From the NCBI GenBank assembly GCA_050084985.1, contig JBITNC010000001.1, forward strand, positions 63,550,001 through 63,614,000: a stretch of DNA of 64,000 bases, written 5' to 3'. The notes under the pieces were generated by a model, which was not told where the DNA came from, did no database searches, and worked only from the letters and a program-made list of their open reading frames with translations. Positions 27,200-41,063 of this stretch are shown piece by piece (position 1 is the stretch's first letter; every line of letters starts with the position of its first letter). The stretch comes from Nageia nagi (taxonomy: Eukaryota; Plantae; Pinophyta). A program made the position numbers and the translations under genes.

Positions 27200-28368
27200 T
27201 TTCCATAAGAATGAAAAATGCCTCCTAGATTTTTGAGCCCTTTAACTTGCTCAAATCCAAAAATTTCAGAGTTTGAAGGTGCTTAGAATGTCATCTTCTA
27301 TGCAATGAAGGCAAAATTTTCGAATTTTGAGCAAAATTTGTCAACCCTCCTCAAGTTAGGCGCTAGTTTTCATCTCATTGGAATTCCACACATTTGAAAA
27401 ACTGCCCGTTGCTCAAAATTGAAAATTTGAAGTATTAAATGTGCTTAAAATGCCATTTTCCTTGCAATGAAGTGCTTAAACATGAATTGTAATCAAAATT
27501 TGTCAAATTTCCTCAACTTAGGCACTAGTTTTCAGCCCTATGGATCTTCAATGACATGAAAACTTGTGCCTAGATACTTGAACCCCCAAACTTGCTCAAA
27601 AATGAAAATTTGCAAGTTTAAATGTGCTTAGAATGGGGTCTTCTATCCATTTATGCCTTCAAATCTGGTTTTTGATCAAAAATCTATTTTACTTCTTGAC
27701 TTAGTTGCCAAAATTCATCCCATTGGATTTCAATAGCCATGAAAACATGCGCCTACCCTTTTGGTGCATTTCCCTTGCTCAAAAGTGAAATTTTGTAGAC
27801 TTAAACCTTCTTGAAATGCCCTTTTCCTTGTTCCCAAGCCCTCAAACTTGTGTTTTGAACCAAATTTATCTTTTCTCCTCATGCTAGGTGCCATTTTTCA
27901 GCCTTATGGATTGTGAAAAATATGGAAAACTGCACCTAGCCTTTAGGTGCCCAAAACTTGCTCAAATTTGTGTTTTCCAAGACCAAAATGTGCTCAAAAT
28001 CACATTTTCTATGCATTTGACCCCTCAAACTTGTGTTTTGACCAAAATTTGTCATTTTTTTTCATTCTAGTCGCCATTTTTCACTCCATTGGAATTCCAT
28101 AGCCTTGAAAACCTGCGCATAGCCTTTATGATGCTCAAAAGTGTTCAAAATTGAAAATTTTGAGTATTAAAATATGCTTAGAATTGTGTTTTCTTGTTTC
28201 CAAGCATCTAAACTTGATTTTTGGTCAAAAAAATACTTCATCTTGTCAATCTAGGTGCCATTTTTCATGCCAATGGATTTGGAAAAATTAGGAAACTTGC
28301 GCCTAGCTTTCTAGGGGTCTAAACTTGCTCAAAACTAGAAATTTCGAGACCTAAAGTGCCTTAGAACG
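27200..28368. repeat. ~183-bp tandem repeats, each with a ~55-bp inverted repeat (ctaggtgc...gcacctag)
   Basis: Units near 27356, 27518, 27700, 27884, 28067 and 28251; a further unit at ~34391 after unit C. Confidence 0.75.
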
Positions 28369-29489
28369 TGTTGGGGGATTTTTCTTTCCTACCTTGTTGA
28401 TGGTCAAATGAACTTGCAAGGCTTGTGGGAAGATTCCGACACCTAAGTGGTAGGGCGTTATCCCTACCCGCTATGAGGACTTTACCTCAAAGGTTTGGAA
28501 ATGAAGGTTGCAAGGGTTCACTCAGGCGAAAGGGTGGAGATGTTTAAAGCTGTAGCCAACTCAAAATATAATTTTGTTAATCAAGGACTCAAAGGTTTTC
28601 CAATCCAAGTACAATTGTTTCTCAAAAGAAAAAAAAAGGGAAAATAAAACAAAGTCTGTTGCGAAAGCCGCACAAAGAAAATGAAAAAGAAAGAAAAGAT
28701 GTGAAAAGACAATGATATATGAATTGGGCTCTCAAGCTAAGTTTTCACTGATTAATATGATTTTCTGAAATTGAACTTGTGCGAGTTTGATATAAGTTCC
28801 ATGCACCCCGATTCCGGCTTGAAAGGCGATGACACGAAAATTAATGATGAGAGGAGCTTGGTGCTAAGGCAATGAAAGAAAGGTGAGGCGTGGGTAAGAC
28901 TCAATTTTGGGGGTGAAGTTCTTATGCTAAACAGCATACACAAGTCATCTTAGAAACACATTAATCTTGAGTGCAAACTATGAAACATCACAATGAAACA
29001 CTTCTTGAACTATTTCCAAAAGATATGCAAGCATTCTTTTATCCACCCATTAGGTTTATAAAATGATCCAAATATTCAAGATAACATTCACATGTAATAC
29101 TCATTCACATTCATAGTCTCAAATGAAAACCAGCTCACTTCACTTACTTGAGATCATATCACAATTGCGAAAAGGGAAAACTCGTAAGTTTTAGAGTATT
29201 AATTTAGGTAGTTCCAGTTGCAAGAAATGTCTTATCCTTTCAAATGAGCCCAAATGGGCTATATATAGTTTTTCAGCAACCCAAAGTGTTGCCCTAACCC
29301 TGATTATGATTTCCAAGAAAATCAAATATGGTCCAATAAAAACATGCCACATGGCATCATAAGTTATCTTCCAAGTTTGTGGGAGCAAATCCTCATCCAT
29401 CACAAACTTGGGAATTTATTAACAATAAATTAAAGTCTCCAAATATAAACATGAAATAAATAGTAAATAAAAGACAACAAATGTTATGA

Positions 29490-32400
29490 CTAGGCGGTTG
29501 GTGGGCCCAACGCCTCCACACGTCCATCAAAGTCATCGTCCAAGAATGTGGTCGTGAGCTCCAATCCATGCAACATTCTGATAGCTTCGGCCCATTCTTC
29601 ATCACATTGCGCTCTACCTTGTTGACGATCCTCATCATGTCCTTCTCCCATGTGTGGGCTTTGAGTAAATGCTCCAAGTGACTACCTGTTTGGAAAGTAT
29701 TAATATCCTTGATCATGATGAGACTGTGAAGGAAATGTCTCACTTTTACCACTATAAGGTCTTTGTCACGGATGCCTGCATCGTCATCAAGGAACTTCAC
29801 CTGAAACTCCATCTGCTCAAGACAAGTGTTTGCCTTGTCATTGAGCTTTTGAACCTCCTTTTGCATCTCCTGGAATCGGGTGGTTATCTAGTTAACTACC
29901 CCTAAGTAAAACCAATATTCCTCACAAAACTTTATATCTTCCGGTCTCCGATTCTGTATTATCTCGAACTGCATGATCATGGGCCGCCTAGAATCCAGGA
30001 TCCGAAGGAAACTGGTTCTCTCCATGATGATGTCCTTGAGCTTTTGTTCTTCGAATGCCATCCTCTCTAGTGCTTCAACGAATTGCTGCATTGCCACCAA
30101 GACCTCATCTATATGCTTCTGCTTTGCTGCAATCATACCCTCCTTTAGCGGTTTGATCTTTCGAAGCTCTTCAATGGGTACGTTAGCTGATTCCAATTCC
30201 TTGGTCAATTTCCTTTGTGCGGTTAGCTCCTTCTTGAGGCCTTTGATCTCCTTATCTTTCATCATACCATCTTTGGTGATGGCCTCAGTGTTGGAAATAA
30301 TTGCATGTTTTCGACCAGCCAGACCAATTGGACCTGTATTGATGATCTGGTTAATTTGTCGGAGGTCTTCGGGACATTGTGGATTCTCCTTATCAACTAT
30401 AATGGTCTTGATGTGTATAGCATTCTTAGCTAAGTGCACATATTTTTGTGTTTTTCCTGGAAGGGTGGAGCTTTCTCCAACTTGGTCGTTTTTCTCTTCC
30501 GCCCCAAATTCTCCTCCGACATCCATATTAAACACATCTAAACATTCCTCCATATTGACACCCCACTCCTTCGTGGGTCATGGCTGATAAGTCTCCACAA
30601 CTGCCTCTCGAATAGTAACAACATTCATCTTTACTCTTTTTGAGGGTCTCTCTTCTCCTTGCTCAGCATGCTCACTTGAGACTCCTGTAGCTCGTGACTG
30701 TGGGGTTCTCTTTAATCAGGCCCTCTTTTGCACTATCTTGGATATTGGCTCCTCGTGCTTCTCAGTAGATGGCTCTATTGCTGCTGCCTTATGGGTTTTT
30801 GCCAATATCTCTATAGATTCATCTTGTTGCTGTGCATTTGACATTTCCTTATTCTGGATTGAATTCTCTTCTTGTTCTTCTTCTGATGCTCCAATCTCCA
30901 CTTCCTCTTGATTTTCATCAGGCTTATATGAGGGGCTGGAGGGTGATGATTCGGATGGTGCAACAACTGGTGACCTCTCGATTGTCGTGTTCCTAGCTCG
31001 GAGATGGAGAAGGATCTTTGTGTTTGATTCTCACACATCTCACCACCTTGTTTGTAGCTACTCGCTCTAGTTCCCTTGCGTCATGCTCATCCATGGTGGC
31101 CTGCACTTGTTGTACAACTTGTTTGACTGGCCTTTTGCCCCCCATGGACGTATACTGTCCAACTAGTGTCTCAACGACTGGAGGGAATTGTGTGACTCTG
31201 GAAGTAGACTCCTGAGGTTTTCTTCGCTTGTGCTGTGAGAGTCTTTTATTGATAGTAGCTTCAACACGATGTTGCTGGTCATTTGCATACTTGTGTACCC
31301 TTTCCCTTATTTTCTTCATCTCTATTTCATTGCTGATATTCCGGAAAGGCTCCTCGTCTACAAGTGACTTATGCTCATAAGGTTTCTTCCTTTCCTTGAT
31401 GAAGAATGAGTGCATTCTATGATCTAGATCATAATGGTCGGCAATAGGCATCTTCTTGAAATTGAATTTGGCCAACTCTTCTTTCATGGTTTCCACATCC
31501 GTCCAAAACTTGCACTGATATTCTCCTACAACTATTGGCAAATTGGAGGTAGTCGATTTCTTCTTCCATACTTGCTCGTGTAGAAAGGCCAACTGCCTCA
31601 TCATCTCCATTAATAGCATCTTGTTACTCATGAACCTTGGCAATTGATAGGGTTGGATGGCTGATCCATGTATACGAATATAGGAATAGTGTTGGTGATG
31701 GAGTAAGAAGTCCCCATTCTTCTTCGAAGCATCTTGGGTTGAATTGGAGATCCTAGCAATCTTGATCTCTCCCTTAAGTTCTTTGTATATTCCATACTCC
31801 CATCCATCGTCTTTCATTACAAAACTATCCCATCTCCTTTCCAACTTCCATTTGGGGTAGCATTTCCAAATGGAATGTCTATTTTTCTATCCAAGCTGTT
31901 TCACCCTGAGCTGTATCTCTATACTTGCCGTGAAGCAACATGTACACGAGGTATGAATTGAGGTAGAATTTGCGATTGGTACCTAAGGATGACAACTGAT
32001 CAGCTATGGCGTCGCTTAACACCTTGCTCCATTTAATTCTCCTCCCTCTGGCGATCTATAGGATTAACCCAAAGAAGTCTTTCCTAAACATTGAGGCGTC
32101 TTCCTTCTGAAGGATTCTAGATGACAAGAGAATCATCAACTCCACTGCAGGATAGAAATTGGAGCAAGGAGCATTGATAAGTGCATTTCCCTTCAATCTG
32201 TGATGATCCTCCAACATCTAGCTCTTGATAGTGGTGGCTGCTTTGGGGGTCTCCTGGTAACAAGCTAATGATCTAGCCTCGCTATACTCGACTTCTCCTT
32301 CAGCGATCCACTGAAATGCTGCTTTGATAGCATCCGGGTTGAAATCCATTATGATGTCTCCTTTGATACCTCAAAGGACTCTCTCCCCATTTTGCCAATG

Positions 32401-32713
32401 GTGGCCAACCTCCATGCATAATTCAGGAAATGGAGCTATGAATGGGACTAATGTGCAAGTGGAGAGTTCGGAGAAGAAGACGATATCCTGCTTCAAGTCA
32501 ATGATAGGAAGACCATGAGTGCCTTTCCTCATATGTTTAGGATCAATGTTTTGCCAATCTGTATCTCCGATGGTTGCAAAACCGTTTCTCGAGAATTTAG
32601 CCTCTTGGGGAAGGGCTTGTTGTCTCTCACGAATGGAGATGACACAATCCTATTTCAACCGCTCGAGATCCCTAGCAAAGTTTGAAAGCCGAATTACCCT
32701 TAGAAGAAGTCAT
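29490..32713 (-). pseudogene. Long uncharacterised ORF of unit C (~1,070 codons, several stops/frameshifts)
   Basis: ORF-track pieces 30993-31844, 30716-30901, 29888-30553 and 29393-29866 are collinear with the D and E pieces. Confidence 0.85.
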
Positions 32714-33096
32714 GATGTTCTTACTAGCAGCAGGGCTCCTCAAGAGTGCTATGTGGGTTTCCAGGTAAATTGACACCCATGTTGGATGTTCTTGCCTCCC
32801 AAATGCTTGCGCAAGCCCTAAGGTGGATAAATGATGATGTTTGAGCACAAAAATCTGCAATTTGCCGCTATCCTGGCACAAAAGTAGAAGAGGAGCAAGT
32901 TTTGAGTTTGAGAAAATGAGGTCCTCAAGCTTGTATTTATAGCCCATTTGGCTTCCAGCTTGCCCTAGTTGGCTAGGGTTACTGACAAAACTCATTATAA
33001 CCCTCCACCTAGTCGACCTCAAGATGTGTGCTAGCTCGGAAACTCATACCAAGCTGCTTGTGCTCGAATGTTTGGGTTTTAATACTCAACCTGGCT

Positions 33097-34058
33097 TGGT
33101 GCATGGGAAAATAAGACAAAAAGGTGACTTTTTGAACCATGCGCCAGCCCTGGGAGCTTGTATGCTTCCAACGTTGGGTATCTTGCCTTCATGTTTGCTT
33201 GCCTTGATCGCCTAACTCACCCAGTAACCTGATTTTTCCTGATTCTTGGTCTTTTAGTTGGTTGGACTTGTCAATTTTGGCATTTCATCTCAACTTGGGC
33301 AACCTGTAGACTTGGTGCATGGTTCAAAAAGCCAAGTTTGTGACTTTTTGAGGCATGCGCCAGTCTTGCCTATCCATCTAGCCTGGTCGCATGGTTCAAA
33401 AAGACAAGTTTTTGTCATTTTGAAGCATGCGCAAGCCTCCAGTTGGCCTATTTTTCGAAATTTGATTTTCAAGTGCTCATGCCTTAGCCAAATTTTGATG
33501 TTTCTCGAATCTTGGAGGCTCCATGGGCTTGGTGCATGTCTCAAAAAGTCAAAATTTTGTCTTTTGAGACCATGTGCCAACCCCTCTGGGTATACTTGAG
33601 TTGGTTTTGAGTTTCAACGTCCGGGACTTGTCAAATTTTCACCTTTGCTCAAATTGGCAGCCTTCCTAGGCTTGGTGCATGGTCCAAAAAAGCAAGATTT
33701 TGTCTTTTTGAAGCACGTGCCAGCCTCCTAGGAGGCTCATGGTCATTTTCCAACCCCTGAACTTGCTCAAGTTGCTTTCTTGACCAAATCCCATGGTTCA
33801 AAAAGATAAGATTTTGTCTTTTCAGACCATGTGCCAGCCCTGTAGTGCCTTTGACTTAGATTTTTCATGTTCAGTTTTGCTCCACTCTGCTCCTTGTGTT
33901 TGGCGCATGCCCAAGAAAGACAAGATTTTGTCTCTTGGAGGCATGCGCTGGGCTTGCAAGTGCCCAGATTCCGTCCTTGAGTCTTTCCTTCTATTTGGAT
34001 GACCCCCAAGCCCAATTGCATGGTTCAAAAAGACAAGTTTTTGTCTTTTCAAACCATG
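33097..34058. repeat. Palindrome array of unit C
   Basis: About 8 units, e.g. gcatggttcaaaaagacaagtttttgtcattttgaagcatgc (33389-33430). Confidence 0.82.
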
Positions 34059-37000
34059 GTTGGAGAGGCCTAGTTCGCTTTGATTGAGCTCTGACTCTTC
34101 CTAGACTCCCTAGTTCACCTAAGATCGACTTTTACACTTCCTAGATTTAGCCGTTTTTAAAGATTTTGGAAATCCTATCTTGATGTGACTAACCCTAGAC
34201 AAAGGGAGAGGCTTGAACTATAAGGAGTTGTCCATGAATTTGGGTCTTTGAGACACAGCTTGGGTGGGATTGATGATGACAAAACGAAGTATATACATTG
34301 ATGCATTGAGGGTCCCCAAAATCGCAGAATTTTGGGGAATTTTGTGTTTTACATTTGAATTTCGATGCATTTCCACCTTTTCTCCACAATTTAGACGCCA
34401 AAATTCATCTCTATGGATTTCCCATAGGCTCGAAAAACTGCGCCTAGGATTTGAGTGCCTTAGATTTCGTCAAAATTGTCCTAATTATGATAGAATTCAC
34501 CTTATCTCTCCAATAACATTCTTAGACTTGAATTCCGACACCATTTGCATTTATCTTTGAAAAACATGCACCATATTTCTCTCATTTGGGTCTTCAATAC
34601 TTTAGAAAAAGTGCCTTAGGCTAAGGGTACTAAAACTTGCATTTTCGGTCCATTTTCCAGACTCAATATGTGCATTTCCGGCCACTCCCGATGTTTCCGA
34701 GCTCAAGCTTGACCAAAACGCCTCTTTTCGGTACCATCGATATCAAACTTTGCATTTTTGATGATTTCCGAGATTAAATGGTGCTAAAACGACCACTTCC
34801 GCCTTTCCGAGCTCAGACTTGTCATTTTTCCATCATTTTTGGAACTTCCGGGCTCAAAGTATTCATTTTCGCCCATTTTTGGCATTTCTGGGCCTTAAGT
34901 GTGAAAAAGATCATTTCTGGCATTTTTGGCCATGTTGAGCTCAACTTTGCATTTTTGACCATTTTCAAGCTTTTCAGGTTCAAATGGTGCAAAAACGCAC
35001 ATCTTTACTTTACTGACCACTTCCGAGCTCAAAATTGATCAAAACTCGCCTTTTCGTGATAATGACCATTTTTGACCTTTCTGGGCTGATACTTGACACC
35101 TTAGCTACATCCACTGCTCCCGGACTTAAACTTGAGAAAAACGCTCATTTTCGTCACACTTGGCACTTGTGAGCTTAAAACTCTGAAAAACAACCCTATT
35201 TTTACTGACTGCACTCTAGACTAAAAATCTGTGCTCTGATACTCTATCTCAGATTCTGGCTCCTTGGCTCCAAAATTGGTGACTGGATACTTTGATACTC
35301 TTCAAGGTCTTTGTTGCAAGATCTCCTTGAATCGCTCCCTGATATCACGTTTGCACTCTTCAGAATGAACTATCCGTCGCCAAAAGCCAATCTCAAGGCA
35401 ATGCACCTGATTGCCTTTGCAAAAATAGGGTCCCCAAAATCTTCTATTTTGGGGTGTGTTGTGTGGGCACAACAAGGCCTAGTGAGCTTCCATGCTGACA
35501 ACATGGTTGAGCATGTCTTTCCTAGCTTCTACTCTTCTTCTTCTCCTTCCTCTTCTTCTCTCTCTCTTTGTAATTCAGCGTGGCCCCTCCTTGACCACCC
35601 CATCCTACATTGTATCTCGTTTGGTTGGGTGCACATGATTTAGGGCTTTGACCTCCACTTATACTTTTGTTTGGCTGGTATAGGCTTTATGTTGGGCTAC
35701 TTTGAGCCTTTTTTGGTAATTTTAGCATTCATGTACTCTCCAGACCAATTGACTGCTTTTAGTCACCTGTGGACATTAATATATTTTCTTTCTTTCTCAG
35801 TCCTGTTGTCTCTCATAGCAAGACAAAGAATAAACAAGAAGAAAAAAGCAACATATGCAAGAACTAGAAAAAGCACAGAAAACTTGGTGGAGGAGAATTA
35901 ATCTCTCACCACCCAATTTTTGATAGCTTTTCAATTTTCCCACATATACAATACAGTGGACTGGTACATTTTTAGATTAAAAGAGGGAGATGCATAGTGC
36001 ACAAAATGTCCAACATGCACTACACACTACACAAGTACTCTCATGCGAAACCCGTAACTTTTAATTGAAACAATATGTTATATCCCTACATACATTAAGC
36101 ATTAGGACTCAAGGAGGCAGTATTGATAAGTACTAGTATACACTATACATTACATTTCATTGATTTCAACAATCTATAGTTTATTCATTGGTCATACTAG
36201 CTTGGTTTTAGATCGATGTTTCATTTCTGATTGTAAGACCAGGTGGAGTAAATTTTTATATTTACATTTTTATTGATTTGCATCAGTCAGAATAAGAAGC
36301 AACACATCAATTCCAAATTATTATCTTTTTTGTTTCAGCAAAATGATCTAAGTATTTGAAACTAAAGTACATTTCTATTAGCCTGCCATACCATGGCTGC
36401 AATAAAAAACCAAAAAATTAACATAAGCCACGTAGGCCAAAAGACTATTCTTCCCCCCCTCCCTTATTGATGGGGACTATAGATGCCTAAACATAGACTG
36501 AAGCCTGCACATGGACAAGGATGCTATAGGTGCTTCACAAATATTCAGCCACATGGCGGATAAATATGAACTAGGACACCCATTCATCTTCCCTTGGCTG
36601 GCTGAAGTGCTTGAGCCACGTTTGACGTCACTCCCCATTCATTGCCAACAGCATTGTTATGTTAAACTTTGCAGTGAACTGCTCAATCTCCTTAGTTTGC
36701 TTGTGAATGTGTTTTGCAGTATCAAGGAGGCTGGAACTGCATGTTGGCTTATGTTTTAATTTGCAGGTAGTATCACCAAGTTTGCAATCGGGATCTTGTC
36801 CTTTATTGCCGTTTCTAGGTGCTTGCCCAGCTCCTTGAACCGCTTCTAATATTGTTCATATTTATTCCCCAGTTTCACGAAGTTTGAGTAGCCTGTTTTG
36901 CTTCCACCTCTTGCACTTTCAAATCCTCAAGCTCTACCAAATTCAACTTCTGTTGCATTCTATCTAGATCTTCCTCATGCTTGGATCCCATTTCTGCTTG

Positions 37001-40000
37001 CCTTCGAAAATTTTACATAAAAGCTGGTGCATCTTTACTGCTTCAACCCTTGCACCCTTGGCATCATCAGGAGCCTCATCTGTTTCTTGTGCCACATTGT
37101 CAATCTTTTTGCCCAAGCAGCAACTTAGTCCTAGGACTGTATGATAGACTGCCTCTGTGACCCCCATAGCCTTAATAAATAGAATGTTTTGGGTGGGAGT
37201 CAAGACAAGGTTGGACAAACGGACTCTTGAAATCTCCTTCTGAATAACTCCCTCTAGGATGCTGATTTGTCTGCTGACTGCTTCAAGCTTGTTCATGGCA
37301 TCCTTGAAGGACCTAGTCCCATAGGGAGCACTGAGAAGACACCCAGTTATCTTCCTTGATTAGACTTTTGGGTTGGCATGGATTTTTATTTTCGCCAGTC
37401 ATAAAATTAACAAACAAAAGGTCATTTTGCCATCACGTCTATTTTTTCCCTTTGGGGCATCTGATTATGATGTATGGAAGCCCTAGTCCCAGCAGAGTGG
37501 TGGGTTCACATACGACCTTTGATTATCGATGTTAAGGGTGCTATTAGATCCTGAAAATTTCAATTATGCGCCTGATTTTTCTGACATCTCAAGAAGGATT
37601 CCTGTCAGTCACCGTTTAACATCAATACCTCCAGCTATATTAGCAAAAAAAACATGTGATTCTAAAATGTGTGAACAGGCTTGCTTTCAAGTATATGCAT
37701 TGGCTTCAGATGAGTTACCAAATGCATTGATTGGGAAAGAAAAGGAAGAGCTTCTTGGGTCATTAATTCAAGATGCAGATAAGGAGGAGATGGTAAGGTG
37801 GAAAGGTTTGCTAGCAGAAGATGCCACTTGGTAAGGACCTGAAATCCTTATACATCCTGCCTTGAATTGCTTATGGGCAAGCAATTTGGGAGGGGCACAC
37901 TTGTAATGTCCCCATTTTAGATAGCCTTTTAATTATCATTAATGATTATATATATTAACTGAAGTGGGATCCCCTTTTTATTAAAAAATAAATAAGTGTT
38001 ATAGAAATAATAAAGTGATAGCTAATGTCATTATAAAAATAAATGGTCTTTTAATAGAAGTTATGAAGACCCAAGAAAGGGGCACCTAGTGGGAGAAGAG
38101 TGGTTGGATTAGCAAGTTATTTTTCTCTTATATAACTTGTGGAGAGAGTGTTTGGATTAGCACATTTCCTCCATCTTCTGTGGATGAAAACCTGCAAAAG
38201 AAAGAATTAGAGGATGAAACCCCTTTGGTTCTCCATTGTTGGATCCATCCGGAGTTCACATTGAGTTTATTGATTGATGGTTTGAAGATAAAAATCAGAA
38301 ATTGAGGGTTTTGGATCAGATTTGTAGATTGTAACCAAATCTGAAGTTTTTAATCAGATTTGAAGGTTTTGAGGACAAATTTATCAGATTTGAAGGTTTG
38401 ATGAATAGATCTATGGTCAGGGTTTGCTTGTGAAGATTTCTGCAATCAACTTTGAAGAGTTTCGACCGGATTTAAGGGTTGAGATCAGATTTGAGTTTAG
38501 GACCAGATCTACAGAGTTTGAAGATCAAATCTGAAATTGGTGTTCCAATCAAGCATTTGGCATCGTAATTTGGGCGTCCATCATCAAGGGTTGGATCTAA
38601 GGTTTGAGAGGCATATTTCAGGCAGGATCGCTCTTCGTAGTGAGACGTCCAGCCTTCGGGCTGGTATATGTTGTTTTTGAGGAAATTCAATTTGTATTTC
38701 AGGTGCATAATTTGTGATTTGCCCTGATCTGGATTGTACTGGAATTTCTACATAAATAAAGTAGGTTTTGTTATTGATATGCATTTTTATTTGCAAAAGT
38801 ACCTAGGGTTTGTTTGGATCTGCATATGCTTTCAATGTTATTTCAGATTTGCAATTTAAGGGTTGAATTTGAGTAGATTTGTATGCCTAGGGTTTGTATT
38901 TTTGAAGAATCTAAGTATATTCAATAATCCAAATTTACATACATTCAGTAATATTCAACAATGGAGGAAATATAAACTCATTAATCTGAATCAATAATAG
39001 AACAATAAATCACTGATGCAAATAATCTGGAACTGAATATATAAGTAGTAGAATCAAATATGTACAATCTTGAATGGAGGTCAGCTAGAACGCTTACCCA
39101 ACACACCATACTTCACTTGGTCTCTCACACCAAGCTACACATCAATATGTAACTATCCAACCAACCTAATCGCTTAAGCAAGCAGACAACTAAATACATA
39201 ACATCTTGAAGAGAACACAACAACCGGATTGTGAAGAAAATGAACAAAATATGAAAAGACTCAAAATTGGGTGAAGTGTTATGCCAATGTGGTGGTGACT
39301 GCGTTTCTGGGAAAATAGTGTAAAAAGTCAGTTTTGAGGTTGGATCTTGAAGTCAAGTTCAAGTTTGATCAAGCCCAATTTCCAACATTCTCCCCTTTGA
39401 TGCTGAAGGGACTCAGAAATGATTTCTGAAGCATCACACATGGACTGAAACAGCTTTTTTATGCCTCTTCCAATTTTGTAACAAAAAATGTAAAAGTTGA
39501 AAAGTCTTTGGTTGGCACCCACCATGTTGTTGCTTTTCAAACGGGCTGTCCATCATGCTTGCTGTCTCCTGCAAATAAAATCTCACAAATCCGGGTGGCT
39601 TTTGATGACAAACTCCCCTTTGATTAAAAAACTTTTCATCAATTTTGCGAATGGTTCTCAACAACCATATCATCACTTGATCATCAATGTCATTACCAAC
39701 GTTTATTCATGCTCTAATTGAGCAATTTCTGAACTGAACCATCTCATCATACCACCCTACAATTTCACAAATCTTCACACAAATTATACAAAACATGTTG
39801 GCCATGAAATGACTCACTACAGACGCAACTAGCGAAAATGCTTCCTACAACAAAAAGATGCTCTTCAACAAAAAATGTACTGCCAATAAATGACTGTCCG
39901 TAACTCACATCTCAGCCATGATATGACTGCCCTCTATTGCAAGAAATGGATGGTTCTTCAAAAAAATACTGTTCTCAACAAGAACTTTGCATTCCTCCTT

Positions 40001-40013
40001 CCATTGAAGGTCT

Positions 40014-41063
40014 TCAAGCACATACTGCTGTACACAACAACTTTGCACACAAAAATTCTTGCAATGTTTGCTCACAAGCACAAACTCCCAATATTGTCTT
40101 TGTAAGACAAACAACATTTTGCATAAACTCATTCAACATAACAGTATCAAAACTTTCCAACAAATGCAAACTCCTTCGAGAAATCAAGTCATCAACAAAT
40201 GAACAAATTTTCAAAAAGTCTTCACCTTCTTTCTTGAGGTATTGATTAGAGTTCCTTGTGCTTTCAATAAAGTCATACTGCTGCAAATATTTACTGTTCT
40301 CTTCCATTGTTGTTTCAAAAACAACATTCTCCTTCATAGTAAGCGTGTTGCTTGCAGCTTCTTCACACAAACAAGCTTCTTCTTTTTCATTTACTGCTGT
40401 GTTTTTCTTATTTGGACAGTCCAAAGTTGCCCCTACAACACAAAAATCACTCACAAATGCTCCATACATCGCCTTTACAAAACAAATTTCATCCTCTATT
40501 GTTTTTGGAAAGTGAAAGTCTTCAATGACTACCTCTCCAATGAGATAGTCTTTACTATTTTCTTCTTTCAACATAACATTTTTCACTTTTGAAGAGTGAT
40601 CTTCATCAAGCGAAAAATCAAGAATAGTGCTAATAGCTTTTACCTCATTTTCATCAACAAAATCTAAGCATTGATTCCACAATGGACCAGTCATAGTCTT
40701 CTCAACCAAATCAGCCTTTTCTTTAACATAGTCTTCAAGCAAATCTTCCATTTCATCTTCAACACAACAATCTTTCATGAACATTGCTTCCTCAACATTT
40801 AAATCAGCCTTTTCAAAACAGTCATCATGCATTCTTGAAGAATGGTCTTCACTCCATTTTTCCTCCATGTGCACTTCTTTGTCATTAATAACAAAATCTG
40901 GTTTGCTTTCTAAATCTAGGCATGCCTTTTCAAGGCAACAATTTACTTCTTTTGAGCAATTTTCAAGCCAGTATACTGCTAAAACTTCGTTTTCAAATTC
41001 CGGAACAGTCTTTTTAAGACATTTCTCCACTCTTTGTGAGTGGTCTTCAAGCCGGCACTTCAT
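40014..41063 (-). CDS. 349-aa acidic, Cys-rich ORF of unknown function inside the copia-type element
   Basis: Uninterrupted ORF in the track, downstream of the gag N-terminus; no PR/INT/RT motifs seen. Confidence 0.35.
   Translation of the reverse strand: MKCRLEDHSQRVEKCLKKTVPEFENEVLAVYWLENCSKEVNCCLEKACLDLESKPDFVINDKEVHMEEKWSEDHSSRMHDDCFEKADLNVEEAMFMKDCCVEDEMEDLLEDYVKEKADLVEKTMTGPLWNQCLDFVDENEVKAISTILDFSLDEDHSSKVKNVMLKEENSKDYLIGEVVIEDFHFPKTIEDEICFVKAMYGAFVSDFCVVGATLDCPNKKNTAVNEKEEACLCEEAASNTLTMKENVVFETTMEENSKYLQQYDFIESTRNSNQYLKKEGEDFLKICSFVDDLISRRSLHLLESFDTVMLNEFMQNVVCLTKTILGVCACEQTLQEFLCAKLLCTAVCA

Larger units (their letters stand above)
28369..34352 (-). mobile_element. Unit C: ORF-bearing TG...CA family member
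   Basis: Left end TGTTGGGGGATTTTTCTTTCCTACC. Right end matches the reverse complement of the unit E start, but the last ~8 bp and TSD are lost. Closely similar to E throughout. Confidence 0.85.
25683..35474 (-). mobile_element. ORF-less ~3.8-kb solo-LTR-like element with the same terminus type as units A-E; hosts unit C
   Basis: TGTTGGG...CACAACA; TSD aagcc/aggcc; minus-strand TATA (ctatttatag at 26599-26608); tandem repeats continue on both sides of unit C. Confidence 0.78.

Noticed and set aside
33258-34087. Overlapping short ORFs on both strands (also 47419-48176, 53823-54758)
   Set aside because: By-products of the palindromic arrays; no protein motifs.
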